The translations under genes and the position numbers were made by a program. Source: Folioceros fuciformis (lineage: Eukaryota). From it: a stretch of DNA of 46,714 nucleotides. The notes under the pieces were generated by a model. That model made no database searches and was not told the origin of the DNA. It saw nothing but the letters and a program-made list of their open reading frames with translations. Location: the NCBI GenBank assembly GCA_049999805.1, contig JBNGIO010003086.1, positions 1-46,714 of the forward strand, in the 5' to 3' direction. Shown here piece by piece: positions 13,401 to 22,100 of the stretch (position 1 is its first letter; the number at the start of each line of letters is the position of its first letter).

Positions 13401-15129
13401 AGAACTAGGACATGAACGTGATGTTTTTGTCAGCAGCAGCTTGGTGAACATGTATGCCAAGTGTGGCAGCCTTACAGATGCTCAGAGGGTGTTTGACTGC
13501 CTCAGTGAAAAGAGTCTGGTGGCATGGAACGCCCTGATAGCAGGGTACTCTCATCAGGGCATGGGTCAGGAAGCCCTTCATCTCTACAGCTCTATGCAAG
13601 AAGAGGGCATAGTGGTAGTTGATTCTGTGACATTTGTGTGCCTCCTGCAGGCGTGTGCGAGTGTGGGCAGCTCAGCTTTGGAGAAGGGGAAGGAATTTCA
13701 TGCCCAGATAAGAGAACAAGGACATGAAGCGGATTCCTTTGTGTCCAGTAGCTTAGTGAACATGTATGCAAAGTGTGGCAGCGTGGAACTTGCTCAGAGA
13801 CTGTTTGCCGAACTGGGTCAAAAGGATGTGGTGACTACGAACGCCATGATGGCAGGTTATGCCCAGCATGGCATGCTGCAAAAAGCCCTTAGTCTCTACA
13901 GTGCTGTGCAAGACGAGGGCATCCTTGTGCCTGATTCCGTGACTTTCGTGTGCCTCCTGCAGGCATGTGCAAATGTGGGCACCCAAGCCTTGGAGAACGG
14001 GAAACAACTTCATGCGCAAATTAGAGAACAAGGGCATGAAGCTGACCTGCTTGTAGGCAGCAGTTTGGTGAACATGTATTCAAAGTGTGGCAGCTTGGAA
14101 GACGCACAGAGTGTGTTCGACAGACTTGCTGAAAAGAGTGTGGTAACGTGGAACAGCATGATAGCAGGGTATTCTCAGCAGGGTTTGGGACAGGAAGCCC
14201 TTCGCCTGTACAACGCCATGCAAGCAGAGCGTAGGGCTGTACCCGATTCTGTGACATTTGTGTGCCTCCTGCAGGCATGTGCTGATGTTGCAGCTTTGCA
14301 TCTGGGAAGACAGCTACATGTGCAGATCAACGAACTAGGGTTAGAAGCTGATGCATTTCTAGCGCACAGTTTGATAAACATGTATGGGAAGTCAGGAAGC
14401 ATGGTTGATGCACAGAGGGTGTTTGACGCGTTGTATGAAAGAGACGTTGTCTCCTGGAACGCTCTCATTGCAGGCTACACTTGCCAGGGCAACAGTGAAG
14501 TAGTCTTCGACCTGATCCGAAGAATGGAAGACGATGGCATACAGCCCGTCAGTCTCACATTTCTCAGCGTCTTGACAGTATGCAGCCATGCAGGTCTCTT
14601 GAACAAGGGGCGTGAGTACTTCAATTCTATGAGCAGACAGTATGGCATCACTCCCACAACGCACCACATCACTTGCTTGGTGGATCTTCTAGGTCGTGCG
14701 GGACAGGTGGAGGAGGCACTAGCTCTAATAAGGACTATGCCTGTACTGCCCGACGCCCCTGTGTGGCACACGCTGCTGAATGCTTGTCGAAAATGGGGCA
14801 ATGTGGAGGTAGGACGCTATGCCTTTGACCAAGTAGTGAAGCTGGACCAGAAAAATGCCGCAGCTTATGTGCTGATGGCAAACATTTACACCGCCGCGCA
14901 AATGCGAGAGCAGGCACAGACAATACAGGCAAGAAGGGCCAAATTCAGGGCATGGAAGCAGCCCGGTCAGAGCTGGTGGACAGACAAGGATGGACTTGTA
15001 CATAGCTTTCTGGTTGGTGACGATGGATATATTAGAATCCGGCAAGGCGGAACCGTATTCATCACATGTCACAGACTTCTGATGGCAGAAACGGCGATGC
15101 CCAGGTCGGATTCGATGGCGATCTGGTGA
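10405..15129 (+). CDS. PLS-class pentatricopeptide repeat protein (E1-E2 plus WW-type PG box, no DYW deaminase); putative organellar RNA-editing specificity factor
   Basis: Intronless 1574-aa ORF with 10 near-identical S-P-L triplets (SLVNMYAKCGSLEDAQRVF / VVTWTALIAGYSQQG / SVTFVCLLQACA). These are followed by P2-L2-S2 (HITCLVDLLGRAG), E1 (VWHTLLNACRKWGNVEVG), E2 (AAAYVLMANIY) and AWKQPGQSWWTD. Start codon uncertain (10405, 10507 or 10684). Confidence 0.95.
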   Translation: MKLIDRVENRSCLQSSAKDGLRDLASIGSVRGPAMAVVSVSVVFTHERKGGCSRGYESVIRGRRHRQFQEVLWLNNLCKPARVHLQLAALDLEMGPDANPLRPAGYDQCVTAESVKELCDGGHLREAVEALGVLVRTECFVSRALFHTVLKTCMLKKDLTLGRRVHAFTVRKGYQSDTFLGNHIVRMYAANGRLQDAMDVFERVAKPDAFTWSAIMSAHVQHGQEKQAIELYRWMRRSRLKPDGHVIVAALQACAKGSDLETGQEVHADVLACGIERDMFVSNGLVNMYAKCGSLEDAQRVFNGLDHKDVVTWTALIAGYSKKGMGQEALFVYCAMQEEGIAVPNSTTFACLLQACATMGNAGLETGKRLHEEIKERLYQNDVFVASSLVNMYAKCGSLEDAQRVFNGLRQKEVVTWTALIAGYSQQGRGQEAIQLYSVMREEGMAVPNSVTFVCLLQACATVGTSALEMGKQLHGQITDQGRQADVFVASSLVNMYAKCGSLEDAQKVFDGLGQKDDVTWTALIAGYSQQGMGREALRLYCAMQEENDTVPNCVTFVCLLQACASVGTTALEMGKQLHAQIREGGHQGHAYVANSLVNMYAKCGSLEDAQRVFDGLGTKDVVTWNVMIAGYSQQGMGLEALRLYSAMQEEGITVPDSVSFVSLLQACASMGSAALEKGKQLHARIREEGHEADVFVANSLVNMYAKCGSLECAQQVFDRLDDKDVVTWTALIAGYSQQSMGQEALRLYKVMQEGGITVSNSMTFSCLLQACASVGTTALELGKQLHVQIREQGHEADVFIASSLVNMYASCGSLEDAQSVFDKLGEKDVVLWTTLIAGYSQQGMGQEALHLYSLMQDEGMVVPNSVTFACLLQACASVGPQALQKGKQLHTEISERGIQAHIFLASSLVNMYAKCGSLDDARIVFDGLSQKDVVAWNAMIAGYSQQGMVQDALGLYAAMQEGGITVPDSVTFVTLLQACAWVGRPALEDGKLLHSQVRELGHERDVFVSSSLVNMYAKCGSLTDAQRVFDCLSEKSLVAWNALIAGYSHQGMGQEALHLYSSMQEEGIVVVDSVTFVCLLQACASVGSSALEKGKEFHAQIREQGHEADSFVSSSLVNMYAKCGSVELAQRLFAELGQKDVVTTNAMMAGYAQHGMLQKALSLYSAVQDEGILVPDSVTFVCLLQACANVGTQALENGKQLHAQIREQGHEADLLVGSSLVNMYSKCGSLEDAQSVFDRLAEKSVVTWNSMIAGYSQQGLGQEALRLYNAMQAERRAVPDSVTFVCLLQACADVAALHLGRQLHVQINELGLEADAFLAHSLINMYGKSGSMVDAQRVFDALYERDVVSWNALIAGYTCQGNSEVVFDLIRRMEDDGIQPVSLTFLSVLTVCSHAGLLNKGREYFNSMSRQYGITPTTHHITCLVDLLGRAGQVEEALALIRTMPVLPDAPVWHTLLNACRKWGNVEVGRYAFDQVVKLDQKNAAAYVLMANIYTAAQMREQAQTIQARRAKFRAWKQPGQSWWTDKDGLVHSFLVGDDGYIRIRQGGTVFITCHRLLMAETAMPRSDSMAIW
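11240..14355 (+). repeat. 312-bp tandem coding repeat (S-P-L PPR triplet), 10 copies
   Basis: The tgaa(c/t)atgtatgc anchor recurs at 11261, 11573, 11885 and onward, a period of 312 nt (104 aa). Confidence 0.9.
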
Positions 15130-15647
15130 TCTACAAACTGGGCGACACACAGCAATCGGTGGTGTTAGCAATCGCGAATTCCCAATCCCCCTGCACCATA
15201 GTCGGCCTGTTTTGTCAAGTGATGGAAGAACTTGCTTCATGGATTTGCTTCACCAGATTCAAAAGAGAAAATAGAGACACTTGCACCATGTAGGAGCAAC
15301 GTCACCTGACGAATTGAACCCCAGATCCAAGAATGATGCCCTGTTCTTCAACAGACAGATACAACAGTTGTTGGAGGGTTTTTTCCAGCTCTTTTCTTCG
15401 ACCTGTTAGCACCTTCGACGAACTTTGCATCATTTCTCTCCTTGGAAATCCATCGCGGGGAAAGTGAGGGGCGAGCTGCAAGAGGGAGGCCTTTGGGGTC
15501 AAGCACGGTAGGAAGACCCCAGTAGCGTGTGGTGGGCATCTAATGCATCCCAATCTACCCTGGACACGCCCAGGTCCAACCGACGGCGATCTGGTGGTCT
15601 ACAATGGAACTGGAGGACCCTTGTGGACCTCCCAAACTACCAAGTAG
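15066..15647 (+). pseudogene. Degenerate bulb-type mannose-binding (B-)lectin-like fragment
   Basis: Two related segments, AQVGFDGDLVIY (~15098-15134) and VWWASNAS..GHAQVQ/TDGDLVVYNGTGGPLWTSQT (~15527-15647, one frameshift). Both resemble the QxDxNxVxY..xxW.S.T B-lectin repeat. Confidence 0.55.
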
Positions 15648-15796
15648 TGGTATCAGCAACCTGGACTCCCCAATCCCGTTGGGTCCGGAAGCTTTATTAC
15701 CTGCTCTGACATTGGAGTCAATGAATTTATTTGATTGCCGAGAAACGTTCCTACAAATTCTCGAACTCGGACGTGCAGTTCGAGGTGGTATAAAGA

Positions 15797-18493
15797 TTAA
15801 CCACAACGCGCAGGTCTTTCACGATGTCTCTGGGCATGGGAATTCCCTTTGACATAATGTACAGGAAGTATGTGATACTCAACCTCTCTTTTCCGACCAT
15901 ATTTGTTGGGCGGTGACGAGGCAGAGTCTGCCATACAGCCCTGTCTCATTGATTCAGAGAAAACCCGTTGCGGCCTTGCCTGCCTGTAATCATGCTTGTC
16001 GTCCCCAACAAAAAAACTGTGCACCTGTCCGTCCATGTCTGTCCACCAGCTCTGACCCGGCTGCTTCCATGCCCTGACCTGCAGTCTTGTCGCCTGCACC
16101 CTCTGTGCCTCTTCCCACATCTGGGCACCGGTGTATATGTTTGACATCAACACATATGCTTCAGCATCTCTCGCATCTAACTTCAACGCTTCCTGAAATG
16201 CGAGGTGTCCCACCTCCACGTTGCTCCACTTTTGACACGCACCCAACAGAGTATGCCAAACTACAGCATCAGGCAGTGCAGGCATTGTCCTTACTAAGGC
16301 TACTGCCTCGTCCAACTGTCCAGCACGACCCAAGAGATCCACCAGGCAGGTGAGGTGGTGAGATGTAGGGTTGATGCCGTGCTGTTTGCTCATAGCCTCA
16401 AAGTACTCTTGTCCCTTATTTACTAGACCCGCTTGACTGCATACGGAGAGGATGCTAAGGAATGTGACGCTCACTGGCTGTATGCCACTCTCTTTCATTC
16501 TCTGGACCAAGTCGAAGACCACTTCACTGTCTCCTTGACAGGCGTAGCCTGCAATCAGAGCATTCCACGCGATGACATCCCTTTCCTGCAATCCATCAAA
16601 CACCTGCTTTGCATCCACCATGCTCCCACACTTTCCGTACATATTTATCACACTGCCAGCAACACCACTGTCAGCTTGAAGCCCATGTTCATCGATCTGT
16701 GCATGTAGCTGCCTTCCCAGTTGCAAGGCTGCCAGATTGGCACACGCTTGCAGGAGGCACATGTATGTCACGGAATTAGGTACAGCTATGCTGTCTTGCT
16801 GCATTGTATTGTAGAGGCGAAGGGCTTCCTCGCCCATGCCCTGTTGGGAATACCCTGCTATCATGGCAGTCCATGTCACCACGTCTTTTTGGACAAGTCC
16901 GTCAAACACCCTTTGAGCATCTTCCAGGCTGCCACACTTAGCATACATGCTCACCAAACTGCTGGCCACAAACACATCTGTCTGATATCCTTTTTCCCTG
17001 ACCTGTGAATGTAGTTGCCTCCCTTTCTCCAAAGCTGAGATGCCCACAATTGCGCACGCCTGCAAGAGGCACGCAAATGTCACGGAGTTGGGTACGGCGA
17101 TGCCTTCTTCTTCCATAAAATTGTAGAGACAAAGCGCGACGTGCCCCTGACCCTGTTGAGCATATCCTGCAATTAGAGCAGTCCACGTCACATCATCCTT
17201 TTCCACAAGTCCATCAAACACACTCTGGGCATCTTCCAAGCTGCCACACTTAGCATACATGTTTACCAAACTGCTTGCCACAAAGACATCAGCTTGATGT
17301 CCTCTTTCTCTAATTTCTGCATGAAGTTGCTTCCCCTTCTCCAACCCTGACGCACCCACACTTGCACACGCCTGCAGGAGGCACACAAATGTCTTAGAAC
17401 TGGGTACAGCAGTGCCTTCTTCTTGCATAGCACTGTAGAGTCGTAGGGCCTCCTGGCCCAAGCCTTGCTGGGAGTACCCTGCAATAAGCGCAGTCCATGT
17501 CACATCATCCTTTTCACCAAGTCCGTTGAACAATGTCTGAGCATCTTCCAAGCTGCCACATCTTGCATACATGCTTACCAAACTGCTGGCCACAAACACA
17601 TTCGCTTCATGTCCTTGCTGTCTTGCTTGTGCATGAAGCAGCTTCCCCATCTCCAGACCTGGATTGCCCACACTTGCACAGGCCTGCAGGAGAGATACAA
17701 ATGTCATGGAATTGGGTACCGAGATTCCTTCTTCTTGCATGGCACTGTACAGAAGAAGGGCTTCCTGCCCCATACCCTGCTGAGAGTAACCTGCGATCAT
17801 GGTATTCCAAGCCACCACATCCTTTCGACGAAGTCCATCAAATAGTTTCTGAGCATCTTCCAAGCTGCCACACTTCGCGTACATGTTCATCAAGCCAGTG
17901 CAGACAAACAAATCAGGTTCAACGCCTGTGGCCAACACATCAGCATGCACCTGCTGCCCCATTCTCAGGTCTGATACTTTCGAGCAAGCCTTGAGGACCG
18001 CCACAAATACATGGCTATCTTGCTGCACGGCTGACCTGCACATCCGATTGTACAGTTCTATGGCCTGATGCTCCTGTGCATGGTCAGCATGCGCAGAAAT
18101 TATTGCCGACCACGTGAAGGCATCCGGTTTCGCAACTTCTGCGAATACATCCATCGCGTCCTGCAACCTTCCATGGGAAGCATACATACGGAGGAATTGG
18201 TTGCCCACAAACGTGTCGAACTGGTACCCGCTTTTCACCGCCAAAGCATGTACTCGGCGACCAACCACGCAATCCTTCCTGGCCATCTTCAAAACAGCAT
18301 AAACGAGGGACTTGGTAATGGACCCATCCGTCTGCACCAGAACTCCCAGAGCCTCCACAGCTTCAGCGCAACGCCCCTCATGACATAGTTGGCTCACGGT
18401 CTCAGCCGTTACGCCTCTATGGTAAGCTGCAGGCCTACGAGGGACAAAATCATCAGGCAGTTTCCAGTCAGTTGCACGGAGAGTTACCTCCAT
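15797..18493 (-). CDS. PLS-class PPR protein (E1-E2 plus WW-type PG box, no DYW)
   Basis: Intronless ORF with first ATG at 18493 (MEVTLRATDWKLPDD, aligning with a Met present in both paralogs). Four central S-P-L triplets, HLTCLVDLLGRAG and AWKQPGQSWWTDMDGQVHSFFVGD. An upstream transit-peptide segment may be missing. Confidence 0.93.
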   Translation of the reverse strand: MEVTLRATDWKLPDDFVPRRPAAYHRGVTAETVSQLCHEGRCAEAVEALGVLVQTDGSITKSLVYAVLKMARKDCVVGRRVHALAVKSGYQFDTFVGNQFLRMYASHGRLQDAMDVFAEVAKPDAFTWSAIISAHADHAQEHQAIELYNRMCRSAVQQDSHVFVAVLKACSKVSDLRMGQQVHADVLATGVEPDLFVCTGLMNMYAKCGSLEDAQKLFDGLRRKDVVAWNTMIAGYSQQGMGQEALLLYSAMQEEGISVPNSMTFVSLLQACASVGNPGLEMGKLLHAQARQQGHEANVFVASSLVSMYARCGSLEDAQTLFNGLGEKDDVTWTALIAGYSQQGLGQEALRLYSAMQEEGTAVPSSKTFVCLLQACASVGASGLEKGKQLHAEIRERGHQADVFVASSLVNMYAKCGSLEDAQSVFDGLVEKDDVTWTALIAGYAQQGQGHVALCLYNFMEEEGIAVPNSVTFACLLQACAIVGISALEKGRQLHSQVREKGYQTDVFVASSLVSMYAKCGSLEDAQRVFDGLVQKDVVTWTAMIAGYSQQGMGEEALRLYNTMQQDSIAVPNSVTYMCLLQACANLAALQLGRQLHAQIDEHGLQADSGVAGSVINMYGKCGSMVDAKQVFDGLQERDVIAWNALIAGYACQGDSEVVFDLVQRMKESGIQPVSVTFLSILSVCSQAGLVNKGQEYFEAMSKQHGINPTSHHLTCLVDLLGRAGQLDEAVALVRTMPALPDAVVWHTLLGACQKWSNVEVGHLAFQEALKLDARDAEAYVLMSNIYTGAQMWEEAQRVQATRLQVRAWKQPGQSWWTDMDGQVHSFFVGDDKHDYRQARPQRVFSESMRQGCMADSASSPPNKYGRKREVEYHILPVHYVKGNSHAQRHRERPARCG

Positions 18494-18569
18494 TTCCGGA
18501 GTAGCGAGATGACTAGCCACCCAAGCTGTCTTGTACGACTTCGTCAACAAGAGAAACTCCGGCGCATCG

Positions 18570-19060
18570 CAGATGGTAAAGCAGCGTCCCTCACAAATCG
18601 GAGAAAGAGGACATCACGACTGATGTGATTACACATTACAGTTTGGTCAACACGCAGGCACACGTTGGCAGCGTGGGAGACACTCAGGATGTCTTCGATG
18701 GACTTGTTCAAGGAAACGAGTGACGTTGAGTGCAGGGTGTTCCACGTCACCAGAACCGGGGCCTTCGAGTTCAAGAGGTTTTGGATATGTGCATCAATAT
18801 AGTTGCATGGTTGATCTGCTTGGCTGGCCAGGCCGCCTAGGTGAAGCAGAGCCTTTGCTGGAGAGCATAGCATGCCATTGAAAGACAACCCAGTCGAGCG
18901 GGCCGAAAATTCTGCTCAGTGAATGCAAAAGTCGCGGTGATGTAGGGTGGGGAAGCCGGTATTTAATAATCCTGTTGACTACCAACGAACTTCTGGAATC
19001 CCGCTGGGTTTGAAGCACAACAATCTAATCTAGATGTCCACGACAGTAAGGGCATGGGAA
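18570..19060 (+). pseudogene. Degenerate, internally deleted PLS-PPR relic in inverted orientation
   Basis: Plus strand reads QMVKQRPSQIGERGH (L motif end), SLVNTQAHVGSVGDTQDVFDGLVQ (S motif), QYSCMVDLLGWPGRLGEAEPLLES (S2) and MPLKDNPV..ILLSECKSRGDVGWGSRY (E1), with stops and frameshifts. Confidence 0.75.
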
Positions 19061-19173
19061 GTATAGGCATTTCCACCCGCTCAGCCTAATGCGACGTGCC
19101 GCTGGAGGTTTGTAGATGCCACCACCCCGGGCCTGGTCTGCCTGTTGAGCCTCGGAAGCACTCAGTGTCTCCA

Positions 19174-22100
19174 TCAAGAGATGCCCAGTGACCTGCCTAA
19201 AATCACCTTGTCCAGTTTTGTTTGGCTCCGTGGATGGTTCTCATCTCGCACCAAGAAGTTGTGGACCAGCCCGTCCTTGTCCGTCCACCAGCTCTGACCA
19301 GGCTGCTTCCATGCCCTGATGTGTTTTCTCCTTGCCTGCATTTTCAAGGTCTCCTCCCACATCTGGGCACCGGTGTATATGGTCGACATCAACACATACG
19401 CTTCGGCATCTTTGTTGTCCAGCTTCACTGCTTGATCGAAGGCGATGCGTCCGACCTCCACGTTGCTCCACTTTCGACAAGCACCCAACAGTGAGTGCCA
19501 GACTGCAGCATCAGCCAGGACAGGCATTGCTAACGCTAGATCTAGGGCCTCATGCAGTTGTCCTGCCCGGCCCAAGAGATCCACCATGCATGTGAGGTGT
19601 AGTGCCGTAGGAGTGATGCCCTGGAATCTGCTCATGGCCCGGAAGTACTCTCTCCCCTTGTCAACAAGACCCGCATGACTGCAAACTCTTAACACACTGA
19701 GAAACGTGATGCCGTCTGGCTGTATGCCATCTTCCTTCATTTTGTGAACCAAATCGAACACCTTTTCACTGTTTCCTTGACAGGTGTAGCCTGCAATCAG
19801 TGAATTCCACACGACAGCGTCTCTTTCCTGCAATGAGTTGAACACCTTCTGTGCCTCAACGACACTACCACATTTTCCATACATGTTTATCAGGCCCCCA
19901 GCTAGAAACAAATCAGGTTGAAACCCTCGTCCCTCTATCTCTGCATGTAGCTGCCTTCCGACATGCAAGGCTGCCACATTTGCACATGCCTGCAGGAGGC
20001 AGGCAAATGTTACGGCGTTGGGTACAGCAATGCCCTCTTCTTGCATATCACTATATAGACGAAGGGCTTCCTGCCCCATGCCCTGCTTGGAATATCCCGC
20101 AATTATAGCTGTCCATGTCACAGAATCTTTGTCACAAAGGCCATCGAACACTCTCTGAGCATCGGCCAAGCTGCCACACTGTGCATACATGTTGACCAAA
20201 CTGTTCGCCACGAATACGTCAGCTTGATGTCCTCCTTCTCTAATTTGAACATGAAGCTCCTTTCCCTTCTCCAACGCCGATGTGCCCATACTTGCACAAG
20301 CTTGTAGAAGACACGTAAACGTCACAGAATCCGGAACTGCGATGGCCTCCTCTTGCATAGCACTGTAAAGATGAAGGGCTTCCTGACCCATGCCCTGTTG
20401 TGAATGTCCTCCTATCATAGCATTCCACGTCACCACATCTTTATGGGGTAGTCTGTCGAACACCATCTGTGCATCTGCTAAGCTGCCACACTTTGCATAC
20501 ATGTTCACCAAGCTGTTAGCTACAACAACATCAGCTTGACATCCTCGTTCTTTACTTTGTACATGAATCTTCTTCCCCATCTCTAAAGCTGGGGTACCTA
20601 AACCAGCACATGCCTGCAGGAGGCAAACAAATGTCACCGAATCAGGTACAGCAATGCCCTGCTCTTGCATAGCCGTGTAGAGGCAGATGGCTTCCTGCCC
20701 CATGTACTGCTGGGAATACCCTGCAATCAGAGCAGTCCAGGTCACCACGTCTTTTTGGACGAGGTTATCAAAAACTCTTCGAGCATCGTCCAAGCTGCCA
20801 CACTTTGCGTACATATTCACCAAACTGCTGGCTACAGACACATCAGCTTGTTGTCCCTGCTCTCTAATCTGGGCATGAAGGCGCTTCCCCTCTTCCAAAG
20901 CTTGGTTGCCCACACTCGCACATGCTTGGAGGAGGCATACGAAGGTCACAGCATTGGGTACAGCTTCACCTTCTTCTTGCATAGCAGTGTACAGACTAAG
21001 GGCCTCCCGTCCCATCCCCTGCTGGGAGTACCCTGCCAACATAGTATTCCAGGTGATCACACCTTTTTGGCCGAGTCCGTTGAACACTCTCCGTGCATCT
21101 TCCAAGCTGCCACACTTCGCATACATGTTCACCAAACTGCTGGCAACAACCACATCCGTTTCGTAGTCTCGCTGTCTAATTTGTGAATGAAGTTGCTTCC
21201 CCTCCTCCAAAGCTAGGGTGCCAACACTTGAACATGCCTGCAGGAGAGACACAAATGTCACAGAATCGGGTGAGACAAAACCTTCATTTTGCATTGTGCT
21301 GTAAAGACCAAGCGCTTCATGGCCCATGCCCTGCTGAGAATATCCTGCTATCATGGCATTCCATGTCACCACGTCTTTCTGAACAAGTCCGTCAAAGACT
21401 GCTTGGGCGTCTTCCAGGCTGCCACATTGTGCATACATGCTGATCAGACTATTAGCTATAAAAACATTAGCTTGATGCCCTCGTTCTCTTATTTGTAAAT
21501 GAAGCTGCTTACCCTTCTCCAATGCGCCGTTACCCACCCTTGCACATGCCTGAAGGAGGGACAAAAAGGTCATGGAATCCGGTACAACAGTAGCCTCTTG
21601 TTGCATTACGCTGTAGAGTTGAAGGGCTTGCTGGCCCATGCCTTGCAGGGAGTATCCTGCTATCATGACATTCCACGTCACCACATCTTTATAAACGAGT
21701 CTGTCAAACATGCTCTGAGCATCTCCCAAGCTGCCACACTTTGCATACATGTTTACCAAACTGTTTGCTACAACCACGTCAGCTTCATGCCCTCCTTCCC
21801 TAATTTGTGCATGAAACTGCTTTCCCTTCTCTAAAGCAGAGGCGCCCACACTCGCACATGCCTGCAGAAGGCACACAAAAGTCACGGCATTGGGCGTAAC
21901 TATAGCTTCTGCTTGCATAGCACTGTAGAGGCGAAGGGCATCTCGCCCCATGCCCTGCTGGGAATACCCTGCAATCAGAGCAGTCCAGGTGACGACCTCT
22001 TTTCGGCTGAGTCCGTCAAAAACTCTCTGGGCATCTACCAAGCTGCCACACTTTGCATACATATTCACCAAACTGCCAGCTACAGACAAATCATCTTCAT

